64,000 nt of DNA from Octopus sinensis (GCF_006345805.1 NC_043004.1:41168001-41232000); one strand, 5' to 3'. Positions 1-11,912 are shown, counted from the stretch's first letter. Numbers and translations are program-made. Notes: a model not told the origin generated them from the letters alone.

Positions 1-69
1 TTCCTTCAGCGGTGGCTCAACAGGTGTTTTTGGACAGCAGTCTCCTAACGCCACTCCAGGTTTTGCTAA
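1..69 (+). CDS. NUP214: FG-repeat nucleoporin (Nup214-like) coding exon, 5' end outside window or uncertain
   Basis: Frame from base 2 reads SFSGGSTGVFGQQSPNATPGFA; ends at phase-2 donor AA|GTAAGT (70-75) and splices in frame to 954. Confidence 0.8.
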
Positions 70-108
70 GTAAGTACAGACCTTTATGTATGTCATTGTA
101 TATATTAG

Positions 109-288
109 TGTGGCACATAAAAAGCACCTACTATACTCTCGGAGTGGTTGGCGTTAGGAAGGGCATCCAGCTGTAGAAACACTGCCAAATCAAGATTGGA
201 GCCTGGTGCAACCATCTGGTTCGCCAGCCCTCAGTCAAAATCGTCCAACCCATGCTTGCATGGAAAGCGGACGTTAAACGATGATGAT
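109..288 (+). mobile_element. SINE-like family D (GAT-tailed), in Nup214 intron
   Basis: ggcacataaaaagcacc...ggttggcgttaggaagggcatccagc...gacgttaaacgatgatgat; more than 10 copies in the window. Confidence 0.85.
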
Positions 289-953
289 TTGTGTTTGCCA
301 TCATTATTTAATGTCTGCTTTCCTTTCTCGCAGAAGTTAATGGTTTGACAAGAGCTGGCAAGTAAGAAAGATTGCACCAAGCTCTCTCTGCTTTCGTGCA
401 TGGCTTCTACAGCTGGATGCTCTTCTTAATATCAACTACTTTGCAGATTGTTTGTGTGTGTATAAATCCCTTCCAAGTGGTAGTGTATTGTAAGGATGGT
501 TTTATGAGCAGCTGATCCCAGCCCTAAATGTTAATAAAATGCTCATCAGATTTTACATTGCTTCTGTTGCTTGGTGTTGAGTTGTTCCTACCCTCTTTGC
601 AAAATCCATACCTGCTAAAGAGGTTCTGTGCTTTTTTTTTAACACTTTACATCTATAATGGATACTATCTCGAGATAAACATTGCAGTTTTGTGGCTTTC
701 TACATCGTATCCATGTTAAATAAGATATGCTGAATACTATCAGTCATATTTATTTTATCAACCTTGAAAGCACTGTAAAAGTTATGGGCACTGTCCCTTC
801 CTTCTGACAAAGCAATACAAAATATTGTACAGAGCATTTAGTCTGGTGCAGTACTGTTCCTATCAACTCGTTGTCTTAACCCAGACCACTATTAAACAAA
901 TTTTTGTTCTATAATCATGTATAATTCATTCATTTATTTATTTGTGTATTCAG

Positions 954-1096
954 TTTTGCACAGAGCAGCAGTCCGACATTTGGCAGTTTAGCACAGACTT
1001 CTCCAGTCCAAGGTTTCAATGAAGCACCTAGCCCTCCGAATACTGGTTTCGGTGGATTTGCTTCAGGTTCTGCATTTGGAGGCGGAAGTAGTGGAG
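954..1096 (+). CDS. NUP214: Nup214-like FG exon
   Basis: Acceptor ttcag at 949-953, donor G|GTAAAA at 1097; reads (N)FAQSSSPTFGSLAQTSPVQGFNEAPSPPNTGFGGFASGSAFGGGSSG. The PTFGSLAQ block resembles the Nup214 C-terminal APTFGSLSQ. Confidence 0.85.
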
Positions 1097-1110
1097 GTAA
1101 AAGTTTCCGT

Positions 1111-1697
1111 TTAACCCATTTGCATTCACATTACTCTGTCAAATATATGCCTTTTTATTCACATTGTTTTGAACTAATCATGCATTATCTTGTAACATAG
1201 CGATTTTAATGATGTGATTGTTTATTTTTAGAATAACATAGTAGACAGGTGTGATTTTTGTTTTTCTTTTTTATTTCCCACAAGGGGACAACATAGATAA
1301 GGGCCAATACAATCTGATTGGGGTCAGATGGACGGATGAATATAACATAAAGATGACATTAAAAATTCACAAAAGTATAAATAAATCGAATGATAGGACA
1401 GTCCGGAAGACGTTACGGATGGAGTGAGAAGGCGGGTTCAATTCGGACCCCACGAGCCCCGCCTCACCACTGATACCTGAGATATGCCCTGCATCGCATT
1501 CATGAGGTTACATTCACTCGCAACATCCGTGCTACATTCTTCCATCGATTTTCAAACATTTTCACAGTCAGGCATTTCCTTTCCAGCCCTTATCTTATTG
1601 TAGACAGGTGTGAGAGGCTAGGATCTAGCTGGTTTGAACGACAAAACAAGTAGAAAATTTGGGCTGGGTATGGCCTGTTTAAATGCTAAAGGATTAA
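1111..1697. mobile_element. TTAA-bounded MITE family F (piggyBac-like ends), interrupted by a LINE fragment
   Basis: Ends ttaaccc(a/t)tt(t)gcatt ... atgctaaagg(a/g)ttaa; internal sequence shared with copies at 1960, 2239, 33900, 37324, 40263 and 58092. Confidence 0.7.
1255..1599 (-). mobile_element. 5'-truncated Tx1/L1-like LINE 3' end
   Basis: 14-bp TSD gtagacaggtgtga (1241-1254 / 1600-1613); minus strand reads GLERKCLTVKMFENRWKNVARMLRVNVTS* then a 3' UTR ending ccccttgtgggaaataaaaaa. Confidence 0.7.
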
Positions 1698-1959
1698 GGC
1701 TTGTAGTTTCCTCCCTGGGTAATTAACTGATGACACCAGCTCTAGGTCTTCCTTGTCCCTTGCCTGACTGAAAAAGTTGCCTCTACTCTATGTGGTCTCC
1801 ATTTGTTCAAGGCAAGCATGTCCATAAGGGTGAATAAAGACAATAAGTGTGATGGTGGGGAAACGCACATAAGAGCAAAGGATTGGTAGCAGTGGAAGTA
1901 ATAGAGGACAGTAATGATGCTGTCCCTCAACCCTGCTTGAAGTAGTACCCAAATGTTCT

Positions 1960-2181
1960 TTAACCTTTTAGTATTCAATTTGATCTGTTAAATGTATTCC
2001 TTATTTATTCACATTGTTTTGAATTGCCCATTGCTTTTAAGGTTTTGATGACGTGGTAGTTTATTTTTAGAATGACATTGTAGGGTAAGTGTGAGAGGCC
2101 AGATTTGACCAGTTTGATTTGAACATAAAGCAGGTAGAAGATTTTGACCAGATATAGCTGGTTTAAATGCTAAAGAATTAA
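1960..2181. mobile_element. MITE family F
   Basis: TTAA at both ends; body similar to the 1111 copy. Confidence 0.7.
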
Positions 2182-2238
2182 ATCACCCCTTTTAAAAAAA
2201 AATGCACACACCCAAGGATAAATTGAACAGTGTGTTTC

Positions 2239-2447
2239 TTAACCCATTACCATTCAGATTACTCTAACGTAATACTTATCTGTTCACATTGTTTTGAATT
2301 AGTCCTGCATTATCTTGTATCTCTGAGATTTCAGTCCTGCCTCTTACATTGTAGGATAAATATGAGAGGCTGGATCTGGCCAGTTTGAACATAAAATGAG
2401 AAGAATATTTGCATTGGATATGGCCAGTTTAAATACTAAAGGGTTAA
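2239..2447. mobile_element. MITE family F
   Basis: ttaacccattaccattcag ... aatactaaagggttaa. Confidence 0.7.
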
Positions 2448-2597
2448 TATACTACTTTTGAAAACAAGGTTATGTTCCCGAAAAGCCTTTAATTATAGAT
2501 TTATTTATTCATTGCCAAAAATGACTACCACCATAGGAAAATACTATTTAGTATCATCCATGCGCCAACTGCAATAGAAACTTACTACACAAGCATG

Positions 2598-2770
2598 TCT
2601 GCATGGTAAGAAGTTTGCTTCCTAACCACAAGGTTCTGGGTTCAGTCCCAGTGTGTGAAACCTTGGGCAAGTGTGTCTTCTACTATTGCCTCAGGCTGAC
2701 CAAAGCCTTGTGAGTGGATTTGGTCAATGGAAACAGAAAGAAGCTCGTCACACGTGTGTGTGTGTGTGTC
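2598..2770 (+). mobile_element. SINE family A, partial
   Basis: tRNA-like head plus ccttgggcaagtgt core; truncated at the microsatellite. Confidence 0.7.
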
Positions 2771-2997
2771 TTTGTATTTAATCTTAAGTAGTTGCTTTCT
2801 CGAGGTTATACACTAGCTTGATTAGCTGCATAAATAAAAACACAGATGAAAAAATATACTTCAAAGAATATGATTAAACAGTAAGAGTTTATTCTAGAAT
2901 CATTTACGAATATATTACACACACACACACACACTTTTACTTTATTTTCATTTTATTTTTTCAACACTAATTATTTTCAATTTTTTTTGTTTTTAAG

Positions 2998-3022
2998 GTT
3001 TTGGTTCTGCACCAGCATTTGG
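2998..3022 (+). CDS. NUP214: Nup214-like 25-nt FG microexon
   Basis: Long T-rich tract then aag acceptor (2995-2997); reads (G)FGSAPAF(G); donor GG|GTAAGT at 3023. Phases 1 and 2 match the flanking exons. Confidence 0.8.
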
Positions 3023-3851
3023 GTAAGTTACCATATTTGTTTTCAGTTAAATCACTACACCTAATCTGATGCTGTAGGCTGAGTTTTTAATCATCCTTAT
3101 TATCATCATCATCATTTAATGTCCGTTTTCCATGCTGGCATGGGTTGGATTTAATATCTATAATAATAAAAAGTGAAATTCTGTCTGTCCGTCTGGGACC
3201 CCTCCTGTATCTCAATCTACATTTGCTTTACATAGACATATTATACCTCTTTGGAACCAGGATGATCCCAAGATTGAAAAACTGCCCTTCACTTAGTTCA
3301 AGAACATCCAGCATTGGGATCTGATTTAAAAGCATTTAGGTTGATATTTCTATTTCTCAATAGATTAAGGTAGCAAGCTGGCAGAATCATTAACATCTAC
3401 TTACACACTCCACTGAAATGGCTGGCCTTGTGCCAAAATTTGAAACCAGTATTTTCAATAACCTATCATCTCTTCCATTCTTCTTTTGTAAGACTCATAA
3501 AATCTTTTTCTTTCTCTCTCACATCTGCATGTAAATTTACTCTTTGACTGGCTCTTGCATTTGAACTGTGGCCATGCAGAGGCATGCAACACTACACCAC
3601 ACTACTTGTTGAACTGGCAAAGATGGACATGTTATATTAAGATTTGCATGATTTCATTGGAGAATCTTAGAGGGTCTGTAATCATGAAATTAGTGCAAGT
3701 TTGAGGGGAGAGGTATTTTAGATTGCATGTACAGAAGGCTTGTGTGTGGTGTGAAGATTAGAGGGGAATGAAGGGGTATAACATCTGCATTGAAGCTAGT
3801 ATTATTGGCGGTGATTGCAAGTGGGTAATTAATGTCTAGAAATCATTGTCA

Positions 3852-4175
3852 TGGTCAGTGCTGGTGTTATATAACTGGCACGTAAAAAGCACCCTTTGAA
3901 CATTGGGCCTCACAGAGGCAATGATAAGTGTCCAAGACCTTTGGCGATATGCTATGCTTGAGGAAACCTGCCAAGCCAAGTGAAATTGTAGTCATGGTCG
4001 ATATCGGTGTCATGCCAGTGGCACGCAAAAGGCACCCGTTACACTCTTGAAGTGGTTGGCATTAGGAAGGGCATCCAGCCATAGAAATCATGCCAAAACA
4101 GATTGGAACCAGCTTGCCAATTTCAATCATACTGTCTAACCCATGCCATCATGGAAAGCAGACACAAAATGATGA
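3852..4175 (+). mobile_element. SINE-like family D, diverged long form
   Basis: Repeated ggcacgtaaaaagcaccc units; ends ggaaagcagacacaaaatgatgat. Confidence 0.7.
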
Positions 4176-4858
4176 TAAAAGAAAAACGTAGGAAATAAAA
4201 ATCAGAAGTGTAGGGTACTCCAGAATCAACCAGTTTTTATTAACTTTCATTGCTAAGTATCATTTGTTACACTAACTTTCTATGAGAGAGGATAGGAAGT
4301 GTGGTGAATTTTAGTTCTTTGTTGGGTGATTTGGGAAAGGAAACTGTTTTAATCTATTAAGACACTGCAAATGTTTGAACTTGCAGAAGAATCCATTGAC
4401 TAACACCAACTTTTCTAACAACTACAGGTTCAACACCATCTTCAGTCCAAATAAATTATGAGAGAGGTCTTGGAATTCCCATGGTCACCAGTCTGGTTCA
4501 TTGTGTAACCACAGTTGATGTGTGTAACGTGTATTTACACGCATAATTGATACTACACTTATTAGTAATGATACCAAAATATTGAGAGACCTGCCCTTCT
4601 TTCCCTCTGCTTATTTAGTTTAAAGTTACCCATAGCCATAGTTATTACAGATAAAAGGACTGTGAGCATCTGTGCTAGTGCCCAGCGTAAACACCAATCC
4701 ATATTGGTCCAAGTAAAAGATGAGCTACATTGAAAATATGGACTGTGGTGATTCAGTATGTAAGCTGTCTGGGGGTAGGCAGGATCATGGTTATGATATG
4801 ATTTGTGGTCTTTGCTAAATTTCCATATAATTTTGCTTATTTTATTTTTTCTTTGCAG

Positions 4859-4892
4859 GCATTCTGCTTCTTTCACTGATTACCGATCCTGA
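4859..4892 (+). CDS. NUP214: Nup214-like terminal coding exon
   Basis: Strong polypyrimidine tract and ttgcag acceptor ending 4858; phase-2 join gives (G)HSASFTDYRS* with TGA at 4890-4892. The F-x-x-aromatic-RS ending resembles vertebrate Nup214 (FGGWRS). Confidence 0.8.
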
Positions 4893-5415
4893 ATGGTTGG
4901 AAGCAAAGAAACCATTTAAAAGACTAGTTTATCACCATTTTGCTGGTTCTTTGGCAAAAGAAAATTCTTCCAGACAAACACATTCTTTTACATGTATATA
5001 TTAATATACATATATATGTCTCTCTCACACACTCCATTTATCATACCTGTTGTACACTAACTATAGCCAAAGCCTCCATCAGTCACATTTAAATTCCTGT
5101 GTCTAATTAGCTTTGTTATATTAAAACGCTTTTTTTCTTCTCTCAAACAGACCTTTATGATGATGATAATGATGGTGGTAGTGTTTGTGCTCTGGTGTTG
5201 TATAGGCAGTTGGATGAGGTTGAGTAAAGAAACGGAGTTAAATGACAAAACAATGCGGAACAAAGAGATGGGTTTCTCTCCATTTATTATTTCTAGGAAT
5301 TGGATTGGACACAGAACATTATGAACCGGTTTCTGCATTACCATTTTTTTGTACATATTTTTTTTCTTTTAATTTGCTAAAAACAGACTGAACAATTGAA
5401 AGACTTTTTTTTTTA

Positions 5416-5421
5416 AATAAA
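5416..5421 (+). terminator. candidate polyadenylation signal of the Nup214-like gene
   Basis: AATAAA about 520 nt after the stop; other AATAAA copies lie near 5850, so the site is not unique. Confidence 0.3.
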
Positions 5422-6197
5422 TGATTGTATGTCAACATACAAACTTTCTTATGTTGACATAGCAAATTTCCAAGACTGTAAACATTGTTTTCACTTTTTC
5501 ATGTATTTGTGTATATATATATATGTATGGTATGTATGTATAGAGCAGAACTCCACAACCTATTTTCATATGCGGTACACCTATATTCTTTTCAAAATTC
5601 GGTGGCACACCTGAACTAGAAATATAACTAAAAGTATGGGAGGAAAAAATTATATTCAGGTTTTACTGTGGCACACCAGTGTGCCATGGCATGCCGTTGT
5701 GCAGCACTGGTATAGAGCCAACAGATGGGATCCAGAGGTTCTCAATATAGAAAACACTTTGTAGTGCTCAAATGATTTGAACTTGTCTATGGGTAAACAG
5801 TGGCTATAAGAGGAATCCTGGTGAGTAGATATGGAAACAATGATGCAAATAAATAAATAAAACTGCTTGGGTTTGATGTTAAAAAAAATATGTAAGTATA
5901 CATATAAATAGAGAGAAAGCAAAGACTGAAAATTTTCAGACAATGAATATTCATATATAAATATATATTCGTATATAAACAGAACAAACTTTCACAGAAT
6001 ACAAATGACACTAAAAATTAAAGGAGAGAGGGGTATGGTATTACAAATCTGACAGCTGTTTCTGGGGGCTCGGAGTTCCTTCACAATGTTGGCAGATGTA
6101 GCTCACTAGAATATGCAACCAGTAATGGAAGCAAATAATAAACACTGGATAAATTGAGTCTCGGTGTAGAAAAAAAAATTCTGACCATATATGTATA

Positions 6198-6582
6198 CAG
6201 GAGTGGCTGTGTGGTAAGTAGCTTGCTAACCAACCACATTGTTCCGGGTTCAGTCCCACTGCGTGGCATCTTGGGCAAGTGTCTTCTGCTATAGCCCCGG
6301 GCTGACCAATGCCTTGTGAATGGATTTGGTAGACGGAAACTGAAAGAGGCCTGTCGTATATATGTATATATATGTGTGTGGGGGGGGTGTCTGTGTTTGT
6401 CCCCCTAGCATTGCTTGACAACCGATGCTGGTGTGTTTACGTCCCCATCACTTAGCGGTTCGGCATAAGAGACGGATAGAATAAGTACTGGGCTTACAAA
6501 GAATAAGTCCCGGGGTCGATTTGCTCGACTAAAAGCGGTGCTCCAGCATGGCCGCAGTCAAATGACTGAAACGAGTAAAAGT
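6198..6582 (+). mobile_element. tRNA-derived SINE family A (CORE-like centre, internal microsatellite)
   Basis: A box (tggctgtgtggtaag), B box (ggttcagtccc), ccttgggcaagtgtctt core, central (TA/TG)n, tail gcagtcaaatgactgaaac(a/g)agtaaaag; about 15 copies in the window. Confidence 0.88.
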
Positions 6583-6613
6583 GTACACACGCACACACAC
6601 ACACACACACACA

Positions 6614-6871
6614 TCACGTGACTAACCACACCATCAGATGTTGTTACACATTGCTGGTCACAATGCGTTTGCATTGTTTTTGCCCTCGAATGACGCCACC
6701 CCGCTGGCTAAGCAAGCAGGCCAACAGAAGAAAGAGTACATCAGGGATCACCACCCCCTGCTGGAGCATCGTGCAGCTTTTAGGTGTTTTCGCTCAATAA
6801 ACACACAACGCCCGGCCTGGGAATCGAAACCGCGAGTCTGCTGCCCTAACCACTGGGCCATTGCACCTCCA
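6614..6871 (-). mobile_element. tRNA-derived SINE family B
   Basis: Minus strand ggaggtgcaatggcccagtggttagggcag...ggtttcgattcccagg; same family at 26176, 32790 and 56326. Confidence 0.85.
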
Positions 6872-7370
6872 TATATATATACACCACACATATATATATA
6901 TATACATACACACACACATATATATATATATACACACACACATATATATATATATACACACACACATATATATATATATACACACACACTATATATATAT
7001 ATACACACACATATATATATAATATACACACACACATATATATATATATACACACACACATATATATATATATACAACACACACATTATATATATATACA
7101 CACACACACATATATATATATACATATACACACACACATATATATATATATATACATATACACACACACATGTATATATATATACATATACACACACACA
7201 TGTATATATATATACATATACACACACACACATATATATATATATACACACACATATATACATATATATATACACACACATATATACATACATATATATA
7301 TACACATATACATACACATATATACACACATACCTATATATATACATACATACATACACATATATACATG
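6872..7370. repeat. compound (TA)n/(CA)n microsatellite
   Basis: About 500 bp of alternating TA/CA runs; source of the spurious YIYTH/YVCV ORFs. Confidence 0.95.
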
Positions 7371-7914
7371 GAGGTGGAGATTTGATGATAAGCCATGGCA
7401 AACGATAACAGAAGTTACTAGCTCCATTTTTGAGGAGAGAGTGCATTAGGGTTCAGTAGAGGAAAGATAGAATGGTAGACGTATTAGATGTCAGCATCAT
7501 CCAGACTCTAGATATTAAGAATGGGAGGGAGGGGGTTATGATGGTATTAAAGAGGTTATAAAAGACAATGCATGGCCAACAGACATTAAAGGTGATGATG
7601 AATACACTTCTTAAATTAAAGCCCCAACAACAGCGAGTGTGATGCAACTAATGTTGAGGGGAGATTTAAGGATCACCTGGTTATAATGGTGCTAGAAACA
7701 TGCAAATAATACAAAAATTTTTTTTAATTTGTAGTCTTAGTGAAAGTGTATGTTCATTGAGAATAAATGAATTAAAAAAAAATTTAAGCACCTTCTGCTA
7801 GTGGTTTCTCATGAAAAATAAAATTCTTGTCTAATATTAAAGCTTAAGAACTATCTAGCTCAATAAGATTCTAATTCTACTCCCTGCAAAACTACAAATA
7901 TAACAGTTCTTACT

Positions 7915-8148
7915 CATCATCATCATCATTTAGCGTCCGCTTTCCATGCTAGCATGGGTTGGACGGTTCAACTGGGTCTGTGAAGCTGGAAGGCTTCGTC
8001 AGGCCCAGTCAGATCTGGCAGTGTTTCTATGGCTGGATGCCCTTCCTAACGCCAACCACTCCGTGAGTGTAGTGGGTGCTTTTTACGTGCCACCTGCACA
8101 GGTGCCAGACAGAGCTGGCAAACGGCCATGAACGGATGGTGCTTTTAC
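7915..8148 (-). mobile_element. SINE-like family D
   Basis: (cat)n tttagcgtccgctttccatgctagcatggg...ggatgcccttcctaacgccaacc. Confidence 0.85.
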
Positions 8149-8496
8149 TATAGACAAAAACGTTCTCATTACCCTGAACCATAAGCAACATCCTGGGTAT
8201 ATCCAACTGCCTCTCCCATACCTTATACATACATATACACACACATATACATGGCAAATGAAGAGGACTGCTTTACCAGTAAGCTACCAGGTGTAAAACA
8301 TTTTATTATCTGTCGTCATCATCGTTTAACGTCTGCTTTCCATGCTTGCAAGGATTGGGCGATTTGACTGAGGACTGGCGAACCAAATGTGTGTATATAT
8401 ATATACATATAACAATTTAACAAATAAAACATACATACATACATATATGTACATACCTACATCTATATGTATATATACATGCATATATATATATAT

Positions 8497-8830
8497 GAGT
8501 ACAGGACACCACAAAAAAACGTAGAACACGAGAAACGAAAACAAAAACAAACTAGGAAACGGACTTTTTTTAACAACGAAAAAACAGTAAAAGACAAACA
8601 ATACAAGGAATATTCCCCTTCATCAGCTGCCCCTGGTTCGACTCAATGTGTGTTTCGAAGGTAAGGGCAGAACATGATCCGGCCGAAGCAGTCCTTCCTG
8701 CAAAATGAATTAAATAAAATTCTTTTGCAGAGGGGTAAAACAAGGAAAGAAAAAAAGTGACCAGAACATAACGTAAAAGCAATACAAATAAAAATACAGT
8801 ACACATAAAGAATAAAAACAGGACAAGGAA
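8497..8830 (-). mobile_element. unclassified repeat fragment (family H, possibly a Penelope terminal region)
   Basis: Shares caggacaccacaaaaaaac...gaaacgaaaac...caaggaa(t/a)attccccttc(a/t)tcag with 10560-10708; family identity is inferred. Confidence 0.5.
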
Positions 8831-9039
8831 ACTAACATTGAGGGCTTTTTAAGCCCAGACGGTGGAAAAATTCGTTGGAATGCAATTCAGAAGATCGACT
8901 TGCTAGAGACAGAAGTCGATGTTGACTTGGTGTATATGTATGTATGTATATATATATATGTGTATATATATATGTGTGTGTGTATATATATGTATATGTG
9001 TGTATATATATGTGTGTATATGTATGTATATATATATGT

Positions 9040-10398
9040 CTATATATGTATTGCATTCAGAAACTGCAGATACAGTGTTTACGTCCATTATCGAACCTCT
9101 GGCAGCATATTTAATATCAGGCACCTTGCTGCAAAAACAAAGGTATTTACCTCTATCATAAGAGACGTTTTGTATGCAGATGATTGTGAGCTAGTAGCAC
9201 ACACAGAGATTGATATGCAACACATTTTGAATGCATTCTCTGATGCTTGCACTGCTTTAGGATTGACAGTCAATCTCAAGAAAACTTGTCATGGTAAGAA
9301 AACCTGCCCCTGGTAAGCAGTATAGTGTACCAAATATCTAGGTGTATGGTAAATGACTTGATGTAGTTGATCAGTTTGTCTATCTGGGAAGCACTATTAA
9401 TAGATATAGCAATTTGGATGATGAAATTCCATATAGAATTAGGAAAGCAAGTGTTGCTTTCGGAAGGCTAGAAAAGCGCCTCTGGAGTCGGCGAGACATA
9501 TGCAGAAAGACAAAGATAAAAGTGAACAAGGCATGTGTGCTCCCTTCTCTTCTCTATGCTTGTGAGACGTGGGTCACATATCGATACCACCTTAAACAAC
9601 TGGAACATTTCCATCAGATGTGCCTCAGACGGATCTATGGCATTAAGTGGAAGGATCGCATCAGTGATCTTGAAATATTGGAAGGCTCTCGGTGTGAAAG
9701 TATAGAAGCTCTTGTGCAAAGATGGAGTGGTCAGGATGAAGGATTCAAGGATGCCAAAACAACTCTTTTATGGAGAGTTAGCTAAAGGAGAACGACTTCC
9801 ACATAAACCAAAAAAGAGGTATAAGGACTTGCTGAAAGCATCCTTAAGAGATGCTTGCATCTCTACTGACACATGGGAAGGCATAGCTATTGATCGTAGC
9901 AGGTGGAGAAGGATTGTGCACGAGGGGACAGCCACTTTTGAGAAATCTCGAGTTGCACATGAGAAAGTAAGGAGGGATGTCAGGAAGGGCATCGCTGTTA
10001 CACTTCCAGATGAGAAGGGTCTTCCTTTGATGCTGACATGCAATGTCTGTGCAAGACCCTGCCTCAGTAATGCTGGACTCAAGAGTCATCTTCATAGTCA
10101 TAAAGCGAGACGGATGAGTGACAACCTGGCCACTGGTGGTGGTGTAACACACCATAGTAATCGTATCTGTCGGGCATGTGGAAGAGAGTGTAATTCGGCA
10201 GGAAGACTTAAACGACATGCAAAGGTACATGAAGCCCAGTTACAACTACAGCCGGCTATTACCGGTAAAGGTATTAGTTGCCAATTCTGTACAAGACATT
10301 GTAGATCTTTAGCTGGGCTAAAAAGTCACATTCAGTCACAGCACCAGTAACAGTTAAGCTTCGTGCAATGGCCATACTCGATAACAAGGGGGCAGCCA
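9040..10398 (+). mobile_element. RTE-clade (BovB-like) LINE, 5'-truncated, with three C-terminal C2H2-like fingers
   Basis: YADD RT motif (DVLYADDCELVAH), RIRKASVAFGRL, LLYACETW, RMPKQLFYGEL, then CxxC..H..H three times; broken by frameshifts and stops. Confidence 0.92.
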
Positions 10399-10559
10399 TA
10401 ATATATATATGTATGTATATATATATATATATATATATATAAGTACAATCTTACTTAGAAATGGATGCGTGCGTTCCGTCATGTAAGAAATTAATAGATA
10501 AATAAAACATATGCATATATACATACATATATGTACGTACCTACCTCTACATGCATATA

Positions 10560-10708
10560 TGGGTAAAGGACACCAAAAAAACATCAAACACAATGAGAAA
10601 CGAAAACATAAACACAAAGTCAAGGACATTTTTCTTAAACAATGAAAAAATAGAGTACAGGACATACAAAACAAGGAAAATTCCCCTTCTTCAGTCGCCT
10701 TTGTTTCA
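10560..10708 (-). mobile_element. family H fragment ending in a 20-bp inverted repeat
   Basis: Similar to 8497-8640; its end is mirrored at 10720-10739. Confidence 0.5.
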
Positions 10709-10989
10709 CGTGGAGTAGATGAAACAAAGGCGACTGAAGCGGCTGACCTCCCCTGTTCGAAAGTCTATAATGGACGCAGATTGTGTGTCAAATAGCTAGC
10801 TTGAGGCGGTGGCCTCTTGGAGCTAATCGACAGCTTTAGTCTTATATTTATAAGATTGCCATATTAGTATGGCGATAACTATTAATATATATGTATGTAT
10901 ATATATATATATATATATGTAAATGTGTATATATATTTATTTTTTATTTTATTTTATTTTATCTAGTTTCAGCTCATGAGCTGTGGCCA

Positions 10990-11912
10990 TGCTGGTGCAC
11001 CACCATTCGGTGTTGCTACATGATTTTACTTCACGAATGCTTTTTAGCAATTGACATTTGGTGTATGATAGAGTTAGAAGCAGCTGCCCTCATCTGCACC
11101 TCCTGCCGTGAAGTTGGTTCATCTGGGACAACTGACAGGAAGAGATCCAGTTTTATTTTAAAGACATCTGCATCCACCCCATGCAGGTCTCTCAGGTCCT
11201 TCGGGAGGATATTGAAGAGCTGTGGACCTATGAAGTCCAGGCTATCACAGTATCTTGTCCTACATCTTGATGGCAAATTTGGAGTCCTTGGCTCTATGCA
11301 GTGGCGCCCAGTTCTGGTATTTGTGTAACTCTTGATGCCAAAGTTTGGGACAAGTCCTTCCAGGATCTTCCAGATGTATATTATGGCATATCTTTCTCGC
11401 CTACGCTCTAAGGAATAGAGTCTTAATCTCTTGAGTCTTTCCCAATAGCTTATATGCTGCATAGAGGCTATCTTCTTCATGTAGCTTTGTTGGATCACCT
11501 CAAGTTTTGTGATTAATTTGATACTGGATGGTGACCATAGCTGAGAGCATAGTCAAGTGGCTAGGACAAATGTCCTCCAGAGGACCATCATGGTTCCTGG
11601 TCTCTTGTTCTAAAGGCTCTAAGAATCCATCCAGTCAGCCGCCTAATTTCATTGCCCAATTAGCAACATGCACATGAAAGGTTGCATCATCACTCATGTA
11701 AATACCAGGTCTCGCACTGATTGTGCCTCTGGGATTGCAGTCCCTCCAGGTCCAGTGTATTATTGGGTATTGCATTAGTTTTGCATGCTGATGATAGCAT
11801 AGAGCTTGAAACTTTCAGCATTGAACTGCATGCTATTCTTTTCAGTCCACTTGTATATTTGTTCCAGCTCACATTGCTGGTGCATAGTGTCTTCGGGTTC
11901 TGTATATACCTG
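10990..11912 (-). mobile_element. CR1-group LINE, 3' part of an element split by a nested insertion
   Basis: IQNPED...QIYKWTEKNSMQFNA then SYWERLKRLRLYSLERRRERY...GPQLFNILP...FKIKLDLFL; continues the RT at 13984-14495. Confidence 0.88.

Noticed and set aside
6638-7446. Long ORFs of YIYTHTH / YVCVYI type (also 8900, 25311-26055, 26191-27012, 29170-29948, 41067-41541, 49239-49945, 60162-60840)
   Set aside because: Translations of TA/CA/TATG microsatellites that happen to lack stops; no coding signal.
8600-8760. CTGATGA and GAAAC motifs on the - strand in family H as a hammerhead
   Set aside because: Order and spacing do not give convincing stems I-III in any topology; at best a degenerate relic.
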